Assembly: GCA_028280805.1 (NCBI GenBank)
Contig: JANQLB010000053.1
Coordinates: forward strand, 1,372 to 65,371
Direction: 5' to 3'
From: Tissierellales bacterium
GTDB lineage: Bacteria > Bacillota > Clostridia > Tissierellales > VENL01
DNA: 64,000 nt
The translations under genes and the position numbers were made by a program. The first letter of the stretch is position 1. Each line of letters starts with the position of its first letter. Below, one piece after another: positions 38,161 to 47,539 of the stretch. The notes beneath the pieces are model-generated. The model did not search any database and was not told the origin of the DNA. It worked only from the letters and a program-made list of their open reading frames with translations.

Positions 38161-38782
38161 AAGTAAAATAAATTATACTCTTTACTTAGTTACTGATAGA
38201 AATATTTTAGGCAGCAGAGATTTATGTAAAAGTATAGAACAAGCAATTCAAGGCGGTACTTCTATTATACAATTAAGAGAAAAAAACATAACTTCTATAG
38301 AATTTTATAATATCGCTAAAGAAGTTAAGAAAATTACCAACAAATATAATGTGCCATTAATAATTAATGATAGACTGGATATAGCTTTAGCAGTAGATGC
38401 CGATGGTATTCATATAGGTCCGGAAGATTTACCTGTAAAAGTTGTAAGAAAAATAATGGGTGCAGATAAAATAATAGGAGCGTCTACCTGTAATATTAAA
38501 GAAGCTGTTGAAGCAGAAGAAGCAGGAGCTGATTATTTAGGAGTAGGAGCAATGTTTCCTACCAAAACGAAGAACAACACCGAAGATGTTAGTATCGAAG
38601 ATTTAAAAAACATTAAAGCGAGTGTTAACATACCTGTGGTTGCTATAGGGGGTATAAATAAAAAAAATGCTTCCATTGTAATGGAAGCAAAAATTGATGG
38701 TATAGCCGTTGTTTCGGCAATACTAAATCAGTCTGATATATTTGAGTCTGCTAAAAATCTATATGAAATAGTTAAAAGTTAG
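38153..38782 (+). CDS. thiE: thiamine-phosphate synthase
   Basis: LYLVTD.., IQLREK, INDRLDIALAVDADGIHIG and AIGGI motifs. Overlaps thiD by 8 nt. Confidence 0.92.
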   Translation: MDKSKINYTLYLVTDRNILGSRDLCKSIEQAIQGGTSIIQLREKNITSIEFYNIAKEVKKITNKYNVPLIINDRLDIALAVDADGIHIGPEDLPVKVVRKIMGADKIIGASTCNIKEAVEAEEAGADYLGVGAMFPTKTKNNTEDVSIEDLKNIKASVNIPVVAIGGINKKNASIVMEAKIDGIAVVSAILNQSDIFESAKNLYEIVKS

Positions 38783-40893
38783 ACTTTAATTTTATCTACT
38801 CTCATAGCTCTCATTGAATTAAGAACTGCCAGTAAAGCTACACCTACATCCGCAAATACAGCCTCCCACATTGAAGCTATACCAAAAGCTCCTAATAATA
38901 GAACTACTCCCTTTGTTCCAAGGGCAAAAACTATATTTTGTATTACTATAATTTTTGTCCTTCTTGCAATCTTAATTGCTTGAGGTAATTTTGAAGGTTC
39001 ATCTGTCATTAATACTATGTCTGAAGCTTCAATAGCGGCATCTGAACCTAAAGAACCCATAGATACTCCGACATCAGCTCTTGCTAAAACCGGGGCATCG
39101 TTTATACCATCTCCAACGAAAACCAGCTTTCCTCTGGTGTTTTTTTCTATATTCTCTAGTTTATGAACTTTCTCATCCGGTAACAGCTCTGAATAAACTT
39201 CATCTAATCCAAGATTTCTTCCAATTTTATTTCCAATATGTCTATTGTCTCCTGTGAGCATTAATATCCTTTTAACCCCTAATGTCCTAAGTTTCTGTAT
39301 AGCTGATTTTGAATCTCTCTTAACTTCATCAGAAATTAAAATTCTACCCTCAAGTTTTCCATCTATAGCTACATAAACACTGGTATTTTCATTAATATTA
39401 TCATTATTAATTTTCATATTGTCTATATCAAAGCTCTTTAAAAGTTTAACATTTCCTGTAAGAACCGTTTTACCTTCTATTTTGGCTACAATACCCTGCC
39501 CGGAAATATCTTGGTAATCTTCAATAATACTTTCATTAATTTCCCCTTTAAACATCTCTAATATTGATTTACCAATAGGATGACTTGAATGTAACTCTGA
39601 TATGGCTGCAAGCCTTAAAATATCATTCTTGTCGTAATCTCCATAGCTTTCTATACCTGTAACTGTAAATGTTCCTTTTGTTAGTGTACCTGTCTTATCA
39701 AATACAACTGTATCTACATCATTTAAAGCATCAAGATAATTTCCTCCTTTTACTAATATGCCTGCCCGAGAAGCTCCCCCAATCCCTCCAAAAAATCCCA
39801 AAGGGATTGAAATAACCAATGCACAAGGACATGATACAACTAAGAAAACTAATGCTCTATATATCCAATCCGAAAAAGATGCACCTTGAAGTACTATAGG
39901 AGGAATTACAGCAATAAGCAAAGCTGAGAATACAACTAAAGGAGTATAATAACGAGCAAATTTTGTTATGAAGCTTTCAATATCAGCCTTCTTACTTCCT
40001 GCATTTTCAACTAAATCAAGTATTTTACTAACTGTTGATTGTTCAAAGGTCTTAGTAACCTCTATTTCTAATAACCCATTCTTATTTACAAAACCGCTTA
40101 GTATATCATCACCATTATTAATACTTCTGTGTAGAGATTCACCAGTTAAAGCAGATGTGTCAACCATTGATTCACCTTTTATCACAACGCCGTCTAATGG
40201 TACTTTTTCTCCGGGTTTGATTATAATTATATCTCCTATTGATACATCTTGCGGATCAACTTTTTTAGTTCCATTTTCAATCTTTAAATTTGCATAATCC
40301 GGGCGTATATCTAATAGAGATTTTATTGATTTTCTAGATTTGTTTACTGCTATTCTCTGAAAAGTTTCACCTATTTGATAAAACAGCATTACTGCAACAG
40401 CTTCCGGAAATTCTCTAATGGCAAATGCTCCAAGAGTAGCTATAGTCATAAGAAAGTTTTCATCAAAGAAGCTTACTTTTGCTATATTTCTAAATGCTTT
40501 TAATACTACTTCTCCACCTATTAAGATATAACTTGACACAAAAAAGAATAATTCAAAAAAGGTGTTAAGTTTAAATATTACAGCTACTGCAAACATTATA
40601 GTACCCATTGATAATCTAATAAGCTCTAACTTGTTAAAAGCAGTATTTTGACCTTCTATAGCTGCTTTTCCTTTTTCTTCCACTTTAACATGAGGTTCAT
40701 GTTTTCTTACAATCTTTTTAATCTCTTGTATTGTATTAATTGCTTTTTCTTTATATATTACTGTTAATACTCCGGTTGCAAAGTTTATATTCGATGAGTT
40801 TACATTAAAAAGATTTGTAACTTCTTTTTCAATCTTTCCTGCACAACTGGAACAATCCAGTCCACGTAAAATAAACTGCTTCTTATTTCTCAT
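38779..40893 (-). CDS. heavy-metal P1B-type ATPase, Zn/Cd/Co-like
   Basis: N-terminal HMA domain CSSCAGKIE, TM6 CPC, DKTGTLT, GDGINDAP, and a late-TM ADVGV (DxG) motif rather than the Cu-type MxxSS. Confidence 0.88.
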   Translation of the reverse strand: MRNKKQFILRGLDCSSCAGKIEKEVTNLFNVNSSNINFATGVLTVIYKEKAINTIQEIKKIVRKHEPHVKVEEKGKAAIEGQNTAFNKLELIRLSMGTIMFAVAVIFKLNTFFELFFFVSSYILIGGEVVLKAFRNIAKVSFFDENFLMTIATLGAFAIREFPEAVAVMLFYQIGETFQRIAVNKSRKSIKSLLDIRPDYANLKIENGTKKVDPQDVSIGDIIIIKPGEKVPLDGVVIKGESMVDTSALTGESLHRSINNGDDILSGFVNKNGLLEIEVTKTFEQSTVSKILDLVENAGSKKADIESFITKFARYYTPLVVFSALLIAVIPPIVLQGASFSDWIYRALVFLVVSCPCALVISIPLGFFGGIGGASRAGILVKGGNYLDALNDVDTVVFDKTGTLTKGTFTVTGIESYGDYDKNDILRLAAISELHSSHPIGKSILEMFKGEINESIIEDYQDISGQGIVAKIEGKTVLTGNVKLLKSFDIDNMKINNDNINENTSVYVAIDGKLEGRILISDEVKRDSKSAIQKLRTLGVKRILMLTGDNRHIGNKIGRNLGLDEVYSELLPDEKVHKLENIEKNTRGKLVFVGDGINDAPVLARADVGVSMGSLGSDAAIEASDIVLMTDEPSKLPQAIKIARRTKIIVIQNIVFALGTKGVVLLLGAFGIASMWEAVFADVGVALLAVLNSMRAMRVDKIKV

Positions 40894-40937
40894 TTAATTG
40901 CCCCCTTAATTTAAGTCTAATACATATTATGCTTTTG

Positions 40938-40955
40938 TATGAACAATTGTTCATA
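40938..40955. promoter_or_regulatory. perfect 18-bp palindrome TATGAACAATTGTTCATA (candidate metalloregulator operator)
   Basis: Lies 45 nt upstream of the ATPase start. From memory, TGAACA/TGTTCA half-sites resemble ArsR/SmtB (CzrA-type) operators. Confidence 0.45.
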
Positions 40956-41007
40956 TATTCATTATGATTATATTATTTTTCTAATTTTTTGTCAAAGAAT
41001 ATTTGAA

Positions 41008-41032
41008 AATAAAAAAATAGCCCTAAGGCTAT
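41008..41032 (-). terminator. intrinsic terminator
   Basis: Minus strand ATAGCC-ttag-GGCTAT is followed by TTTTTTTATTTT. Confidence 0.6.
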
Positions 41033-41051
41033 TTTATAGAAGCAGTTACTT

Positions 41052-41858
41052 TTATATAGTTATGTCTTTTTTCTGGTAAATAAAGTAGGTAAGAGCTATA
41101 CAGACAATATTTACTGACACCAAAACTATTATACTGTTTATATCTATTTGATTATTTAAAACTATATCTCCAGGTTTAAAGTATTCAAACGGACTTAAAT
41201 ATTTAAGAAATTCCATATTACTATTAATATCCGACATAACACCAAGGAAATAAGCTACAAAAACCACAATCATAGAAAAAGGTGTTATTTTCTTAGACTT
41301 TGTGATAAATACAGATATTAAAAAACCTATGGCTGAGAAAATCAGTTGAATAAACAATGGTGCTAAAGATATTAGAATAAAAGTTTTCATACTAAAGCTT
41401 TCTTCACTTACAAATTTGAAAGATATAAATATAACAATGGAAATTACAATGTTTAATATAATTATATTTGTTAGATAACATAAAAGCTTACTAGTTATAA
41501 CTTCTCTTCTGGATATAGGCTTTGAAAGAAGAAATTCAATAGTTTTATCTCCCTCTTCCTTTGACAATATTCCCGAGGAAAGAATCATGACATAAATACT
41601 TCCCATTAATCCAAAAATAAGAAAACCTTGAAGTGAATAATATCCAAATAAATCTCCCATTGAAAGGTCATCTAAATTAAACATAGCAATTACTGGTTTC
41701 GGTAGAGTTTCAATCATTTGTTCGTACATTTGTATATCCTTTGAAATAGAAGGGTAAAATGCCATTACCATTATTAATAGTGTAGAAATTATTACAGTCC
41801 ATATTAATAATTCTTTTTTATTTCTATTAAATTCTCTTAGATATAAATTCATATTCAT
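41052..41858 (-). CDS. ABC-2 family exporter permease
   Basis: Six-TM ABC-2-like hydrophobic profile, downstream of its ATPase. Start set at MNMNLY; the ORF-track start 41903 overlaps the ATPase gene. Confidence 0.75.
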   Translation of the reverse strand: MNMNLYLREFNRNKKELLIWTVIISTLLIMVMAFYPSISKDIQMYEQMIETLPKPVIAMFNLDDLSMGDLFGYYSLQGFLIFGLMGSIYVMILSSGILSKEEGDKTIEFLLSKPISRREVITSKLLCYLTNIIILNIVISIVIFISFKFVSEESFSMKTFILISLAPLFIQLIFSAIGFLISVFITKSKKITPFSMIVVFVAYFLGVMSDINSNMEFLKYLSPFEYFKPGDIVLNNQIDINSIIVLVSVNIVCIALTYFIYQKKDITI

Positions 41859-41859
41859 T

Positions 41860-42744
41860 TTATTTTTCCCCTTTTTTATAATAATGTATAAACATTTCTT
41901 CAAGAGAAGGATCTTCTATGTTAACATCATTTACATCTTTGTTTGCAATACTTGCAAATAAGCTGTTAATATTGCCATTATATAAGAACCTGACATTTTT
42001 ATCTGTTTTTTCTTTATCAATTATACCCTCTATATCTAAATCAGCATCTTTACTGTTTTTGAATTCAATTTTAATGTTCTTAAATTTATTCTTTCTTAAT
42101 TCTTCTATGTCTTCGACCTTTAATATTTTTCCCTCTTTTATAATTGCAACCCTATCGCACATCTTTTGAACTTCACTTAGTATATGAGAAGAAAAGAATA
42201 TAGTAACTCCTCTTTTATTTTCCTCATTGATAAGCTCAAAAAATGTATTCTGAACAAGCGGATCCAGTCCTCCGGTTGGCTCATCAAGTATTAGTAATTT
42301 TGGTTTATGGAGCATAGCTTGAATTATAGCTGTTTTCTTTTTATTTCCGGTAGATAAGTCTTCTATTTTCTTATTTAACTCCAGGTCTAATATATCTGCT
42401 AATTCATTTATTCTCTTGGTGTAATCTCCTGTATAAAACTTCCCGGAATACTCTAATAAGTCTTTTACCTTCATATCATCATAATAATTTACTTCTGAAG
42501 GAAGATAGCCGATATCTTTTCTAATCATCTTTGAGTCTTTAATACAATCCATTCCAAATATTTTTGCTTCTCCTTTAGTTGGAAATATAAGATTTAATAA
42601 TGTACGTATTGTTGTTGATTTTCCAGATCCATTAGGTCCAATAAATCCAAATATCTCTCCTTGATTAACCTCTAAGTTTACGTCAATAATTCCTCTTGAT
42701 TTGCCATAATACTTGGTAAGGTTTAAAGTTTCAATTATCTTCAT
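41860..42744 (-). CDS. ABC transporter ATP-binding protein
   Basis: GPNGSGKST, LSTGNKKK and LILDEPTGGLD motifs. Confidence 0.88.
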   Translation of the reverse strand: MKIIETLNLTKYYGKSRGIIDVNLEVNQGEIFGFIGPNGSGKSTTIRTLLNLIFPTKGEAKIFGMDCIKDSKMIRKDIGYLPSEVNYYDDMKVKDLLEYSGKFYTGDYTKRINELADILDLELNKKIEDLSTGNKKKTAIIQAMLHKPKLLILDEPTGGLDPLVQNTFFELINEENKRGVTIFFSSHILSEVQKMCDRVAIIKEGKILKVEDIEELRKNKFKNIKIEFKNSKDADLDIEGIIDKEKTDKNVRFLYNGNINSLFASIANKDVNDVNIEDPSLEEMFIHYYKKGEK

Positions 42745-42814
42745 TTGAATTACCCCCTTTGGCTACTTGCATATTTATTAATTATGCTATCATTAATGGA
42801 CAATATATTCAATA

Positions 42815-42845
42815 ATAAAAAATAAAAGCACCTAAATTTAGGTGC
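42815..42845 (-). terminator. intrinsic terminator after the PAP2 gene
   Basis: Minus strand GCACCTAAA-t-TTAGGTGC is followed by TTTTATTTTTTATT. Confidence 0.65.
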
Positions 42846-42852
42846 AGTTTTT

Positions 42853-43392
42853 CTAAAATATAAGATTCATTAAATATGAATGGGTAAATATAGACGTAAC
42901 ACTTCCTATAATAACACCAACTAAAACATCAGATGGATAATGTACTGCAAGATATATCCTTGAGATACCTACTAATAATGCTAAAAGCATAAGTGGAATC
43001 ATCAATTGAGGTATGTTTAAACAAAGAATAGTTGCTATCGAAAAACTTGCTGCTGTATGTCCTGATGGAAATGAATAATCCTTTAGTTCTAAATTAAAGG
43101 TATTTATATTTTCTAAAATATTATAAGGTCTTTCCCTTGAAACTATCTTTTTAATTATATGAACCAATAATGTAGTAGCTGATAAAGCTGTAAGAACTTC
43201 AAATCCTAAGTGTCTAACATGACTTTTTCCAAAAGCAATCAATGCTAAGCATAAGCTTACAGTAAATATAACACCTCCTAATTGTGTTATATAAATCATA
43301 AGTTTATCTAAGACCTTACATTTCATATTAGTATTTAGTAAATAAAAAAGCTTCTTATCACTAAGAGTAAAAGCTCTTGTTAATGTTCTCAT
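42853..43392 (-). CDS. PAP2-family phosphatase (BcrC/undecaprenyl-diphosphatase-like)
   Basis: KKIVSRERPY, PSGHTA and SRIYLAVHYPSD are the three PAP2 motifs. Confidence 0.85.
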   Translation of the reverse strand: MRTLTRAFTLSDKKLFYLLNTNMKCKVLDKLMIYITQLGGVIFTVSLCLALIAFGKSHVRHLGFEVLTALSATTLLVHIIKKIVSRERPYNILENINTFNLELKDYSFPSGHTAASFSIATILCLNIPQLMIPLMLLALLVGISRIYLAVHYPSDVLVGVIIGSVTSIFTHSYLMNLIF

Positions 43393-43607
43393 ATTTCATC
43401 ACCCTTTACATTCTATACTTCCCTTATATTTATTTTATTTTCTTTTTGTTAAATTATGATAATTTAAAAGTTATAATCATGTAAAAACTAATAAGAAATA
43501 CACTAAATACTATTAATTCTATTATTTTAACCTTATAATATTATATCATAAAGTATAGTTGTACTACTACAAAAAGTTTAACTATATTTTTAAAATTAAA
43601 TTGTATT

Positions 43608-43645
43608 ATAAAAAATGAAGTAAAACAAAATAATTATTTTGCTTC
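43608..43645 (-). terminator. intrinsic terminator of the ABC operon
   Basis: AT-rich hairpin GAAGCAAAATAATTATTTTG..CTTC is followed by ATTTTTTATAAT on the minus strand. Confidence 0.45.
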
Positions 43646-43668
43646 GTTTTTTTATTTGTTTAATTCAA

Positions 43669-44466
43669 CTAAAAATGACCTAAAATCCCTTTTTCCATCA
43701 CTTTAGACTCACAGATTTTATATATTATGCATCCTAATGTTAGATATAATATTCCAACACCTGTTAATTTGAGCATCTCAAATGATGAAAAATCTAAAAT
43801 ATTTTCTCCGTATATGGTAATTCTTCTAATCATACTTGCTCCTAAAGAACCCGGTAATAATCTAAGTATAGGAAATCTGTTTACAGGTACTGCAACAAGT
43901 CCTACTATTAAGAACTGTACTATCTGCATGTATGATCCTACTTTCTTAAATATTAAAGACAGTCCTCCTAACATTAATCCGATTCCCAAAATACTTAAGC
44001 CGGTTAAAATTAGCAGAGGTATCAATGAAATTATATCAATGTTAAGAAAAACTTTTGTAGTAGCCATAGTTAAAATTAAAATAATACCGGTAAATATAAA
44101 ATTAAAAAACATTGATATTACAGATTTTATAATTATTAACAATGTGAAAGGGTAAGCAGACATGTAGAGCTGCTCTAATGTACCTCTTTTATTTTCCTCA
44201 GTAATTGTATTCTTCACATCTTGATATGAAAACATTAAAAAATTCCAAAGTACAAACCCTACTACGAGATTTTCAAGTGTATCTCCGGTATCAATATTCA
44301 TACCTGAAACGCCTTTATATCCGGAGAATAATAATAAAAATATTACATATACAGTTAATATTCCTCCAATAGTGTTAAACAAGTATCTTTTGAATTCAAT
44401 TATTTCTTTTTTCATTAAACCTTTTGTTAATATCCAAACACTAGGCACTTTCCTCACTCCCTCCAA
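43669..44466 (-). CDS. ABC-2 family exporter permease (YvfS-like)
   Basis: Six-TM profile. Overlaps the upstream ATPase gene; an alternative start MKKEII at 44415 is possible. Confidence 0.75.
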   Translation of the reverse strand: MEGVRKVPSVWILTKGLMKKEIIEFKRYLFNTIGGILTVYVIFLLLFSGYKGVSGMNIDTGDTLENLVVGFVLWNFLMFSYQDVKNTITEENKRGTLEQLYMSAYPFTLLIIIKSVISMFFNFIFTGIILILTMATTKVFLNIDIISLIPLLILTGLSILGIGLMLGGLSLIFKKVGSYMQIVQFLIVGLVAVPVNRFPILRLLPGSLGASMIRRITIYGENILDFSSFEMLKLTGVGILYLTLGCIIYKICESKVMEKGILGHF

Positions 44467-45409
44467 TTATCTTAACAAATACTTTCTCAAAGTTTAGCTC
44501 TTTGTTTTCTATGTTCTTAATAATACTATCTTCTTTGCTCAATATTCTTGTAACATCGTAAAAAATTTGAGGATTTTCTAAAGTTATGATTATTTCAGTT
44601 TCTAATTCTTTTTCTTCAATATCTAAGTAAGGTATCATTTTGAATTCTTTCTTTTGCTCTGGAGAAATCTTACCTTCTACAACAAAATTATATTTCTTCA
44701 TACTGAACAGCCTTAATAAATTTTTTGTTTTATCCTCAGCTACAATCTTTCCTTTATTCATTATGATAACTCTATCACATGTATCCTGAACTACATTCAT
44801 ATCATGAGTTGTTAAAATTATTGTTTTATTTTCTTCTTTTACAATTTCTTTAAGCAATTTTCTTATATTATAAGAAGCTTTTACATCTAATCCTAAGGTA
44901 GGTTCATCTAACAAGATGATATTACATCCGTTTACCATTGCTGTAGCAATTGATAGTTTCTGCTGCATACCTCTGGATAAGTTTCTTGCAGCCTCATTTT
45001 CTTTTTCTTTAAGGTCAAAAAATTCTATATAGTATTGTATTTTATCTCTTATTTTCTTTGGATTATGACCTTTTAACGAAGCAAAAAATTCTAAATTTTC
45101 TCTGACAGTAAGCCGCCAAAATATATTCCTGTTTCCCTCAAATACCGCACTAATATTTCTTAAAGATTTACTTCTGCTTTTATTGCTGTCTACACCTTCT
45201 ATAAATATTTTTCCATTTGTCGCCTTTATCAGACTACATATCATCTTTATAGTTGTAGTTTTACCAGCTCCATTGGGACCTAAAAATCCTAATACTTCTC
45301 CTTTGTAAGCCTCAAATGAAATGTTATTAACCGCATTTACAGCTTGTTGTTTTTTAACTGAATATTTTTTTGTTAATCCGATTACTTTTAAAACACAATC
45401 TCTATTCAT
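44441..45409 (-). CDS. ABC transporter ATP-binding protein (YvfR-like)
   Basis: GPNGAGKTT, LSRGMQQK and ILLDEPTLGLD motifs, plus a C-terminal extra domain. Confidence 0.88.
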   Translation of the reverse strand: MNRDCVLKVIGLTKKYSVKKQQAVNAVNNISFEAYKGEVLGFLGPNGAGKTTTIKMICSLIKATNGKIFIEGVDSNKSRSKSLRNISAVFEGNRNIFWRLTVRENLEFFASLKGHNPKKIRDKIQYYIEFFDLKEKENEAARNLSRGMQQKLSIATAMVNGCNIILLDEPTLGLDVKASYNIRKLLKEIVKEENKTIILTTHDMNVVQDTCDRVIIMNKGKIVAEDKTKNLLRLFSMKKYNFVVEGKISPEQKKEFKMIPYLDIEEKELETEIIITLENPQIFYDVTRILSKEDSIIKNIENKELNFEKVFVKIIGGSEESA

Positions 45410-45496
45410 GATTCTACCTCCTTTTAACCATATTTATAGTTTAATTATATCTATAAATAAATGTTTTTCAATCTTACAAAGGTAACTCTTTTAACA

Positions 45497-45527
45497 ATAA
45501 AAAAACAATGGAGTTACACACCATTGT
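45497..45527 (-). terminator. intrinsic terminator after the two-component genes
   Basis: Minus strand ACAATGG-9 nt-CCATTGT is followed by TTTTTTTATTG. Confidence 0.65.
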
Positions 45528-45533
45528 ATGACT

Positions 45534-46202
45534 TTAGTCATATGACTTTTCATTAATATACACAGCTAACTGCGTTCTGTTTTCCAGTTCAAGTTTTGCC
45601 AATATTTTTGTTAAATAATTCTTTACAGTACCTTCAGTAATATATAGTGCTTTACTGATTTCTTTATTACTTTTGCCCTTTGAAACTAATATTGATATTT
45701 CTACTTCTCTGGGAGTTAAATTTTCATATTTTCCTCTTATCATTAGAGTATCTTCTTTTTTATGAGAAGGTTCATCAAAATTTTTAAAAGCTTTAACAAC
45801 CTTATTGGCTATCTCTGGCTGCAGTAAAGTATTTCCCTGATAAACGGACTTGATTCCTTTTATAATTTCATCTGATTTTATATCTTTTAGTATATAACCG
45901 TCAGCACCATTTTTAAGTCCCTCAAATATATACTCATCTTCATTAAACGTAGTCAGGATTATTATTTTAATGTGCGGATATACGTCTTTTATAAGCTTAA
46001 TGCTTTCTACTCCATCCATTACAGGCATTCTTATATCCATTAAAATTACATCCGGATTTTCTTGTTTTAACGATTCAAACGCTTCTTTACCGTTTGATGC
46101 TTCCATTATAACTTCAATCTCATTACTTAAACTTAATATCATTTTAAGACCTTCACGAATAAGTGCCTGATCATCTACAATCATTACTTTTATTTTATTC
46201 AT
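45534..46202 (-). CDS. NarL/LuxR-family response regulator
   Basis: Receiver domain (VMIVDDQ, DVILMDIRMP) plus a LuxR HTH (SNKEISKALYITEGTVKNYLTKI). Confidence 0.9.
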   Translation of the reverse strand: MNKIKVMIVDDQALIREGLKMILSLSNEIEVIMEASNGKEAFESLKQENPDVILMDIRMPVMDGVESIKLIKDVYPHIKIIILTTFNEDEYIFEGLKNGADGYILKDIKSDEIIKGIKSVYQGNTLLQPEIANKVVKAFKNFDEPSHKKEDTLMIRGKYENLTPREVEISILVSKGKSNKEISKALYITEGTVKNYLTKILAKLELENRTQLAVYINEKSYD

Positions 46203-47400
46203 ATTTATTATTCACTCCCATAACTTTAAGAGGTATTGATACATTAATTTCAAATCCTTTGTTTCTTACTGACTGATACTTTATTATTCCCTTTACACTA
46301 TTGATTCTTTCCTCTATACCCTTTAATCCGTGACCTTTAGATATTTGTCTGCATCCTCTGCCGTTATCTTTCATTTTTAGAGTTAAAATCTCATCTTCAC
46401 TCTGAATAAATATAAAAAATCTAGTCCCTTGACCATGTTTTATACTGTTTGTAAGTGCTTCCTGAATTGTTTTAAATATTATGTTTTTTATATTTAGAGA
46501 TAAATTTTTAATTTCTCCGTTTATATCTAATTTTACATCAACTTCTTGGTTTATAGTTAAATTATTTATTAATTCATGTATCAAATCTAATAAGTTAATT
46601 GCCTTTTCACTGTCCTTTAAAGTATATACTGCATCTCTCAATTCATTCATACTATCTCTGGCTAATTTTTGAGCTTTTATTATCAGCTCCATACTTTCTT
46701 CCGGGTTTTTGTCAAAAACCTTTTCCATATAATCGAGATTCATAATAAGTGCAGTTAAAAAGTGACCCAGAGAATCATGTATTTCTTGTGCTACTCTGTT
46801 TCTTTCTTTTGTGATAGTCAGATCTTCAATTTGTTTTGAAAATTCCTGCAGTTTAACATATGATTCCTTTAAGTCTTTGTTTAATTTTTCTGCTTTTCTT
46901 TTTTCTTCACTTTGATATTCATAGACATAAACTAAAATTGTATAAGCAGCTATCCCACATGCTCCTAATAACAAATCTATACCGTTATCTAACCAGAAAT
47001 CCCTTCTAAGAATTCTCTGTATATTAAAGTCATTTAAAAGAGTAACGGCTAAAAAAAATAAGATGTGTAATATTAGAAATATTTTTCTTATTTTTCTCTC
47101 TAAATAAATAACTATCTCATATATTAAAATAATCATGTAAATACTGGTATAACCTCTAGCTAAAAATACTAAAGTTCCTCCACATATTATTGAAAATAAA
47201 AGCGATATTTTATAGTGGTGAGTTTCATAGTATAAAAGATTATGTCTGATATAATCATTTATCAGTATGATAATAAATATACCCAGATAAATTGACATAT
47301 GGTTTAGAGAAGTTTGATGATTAATAATTATATTTAGACAGAGAACTCCCATAGTAATATTTCTTAATATATCATTATATTTTAATAAATAGTTATTCAT
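46195..47400 (-). CDS. HisKA_3-type sensor histidine kinase with multi-TM sensing domain
   Basis: H-box RNRVAQEIHDSLGH, HATPase N and G boxes, and about 5 N-terminal TM helices with minimal loops (LiaS/DesK/YvfT-like). Confidence 0.88.
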   Translation of the reverse strand: MNNYLLKYNDILRNITMGVLCLNIIINHQTSLNHMSIYLGIFIIILINDYIRHNLLYYETHHYKISLLFSIICGGTLVFLARGYTSIYMIILIYEIVIYLERKIRKIFLILHILFFLAVTLLNDFNIQRILRRDFWLDNGIDLLLGACGIAAYTILVYVYEYQSEEKRKAEKLNKDLKESYVKLQEFSKQIEDLTITKERNRVAQEIHDSLGHFLTALIMNLDYMEKVFDKNPEESMELIIKAQKLARDSMNELRDAVYTLKDSEKAINLLDLIHELINNLTINQEVDVKLDINGEIKNLSLNIKNIIFKTIQEALTNSIKHGQGTRFFIFIQSEDEILTLKMKDNGRGCRQISKGHGLKGIEERINSVKGIIKYQSVRNKGFEINVSIPLKVMGVNNKYE

Positions 47401-47539
47401 AATTATTTACTCCGTTATACTTAAAGTTGGATAAGTTAATTTATAATTATTATATCATATACAAAAAATTTTTATGATTAATACTCTATTTTTGTGGTAT
47501 TAAGTTATTATAATATTGTAATTTACAGGAGGTATAGTT

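Noticed and set aside
38779-38782. The 4-nt overlap of the convergent thiE and P-type ATPase stop codons, considered as a possible regulatory antisense arrangement.
   Set aside because: It is a trivial end-to-end overlap of stop codons. There is no hairpin or other signal, and this is common in compact genomes.
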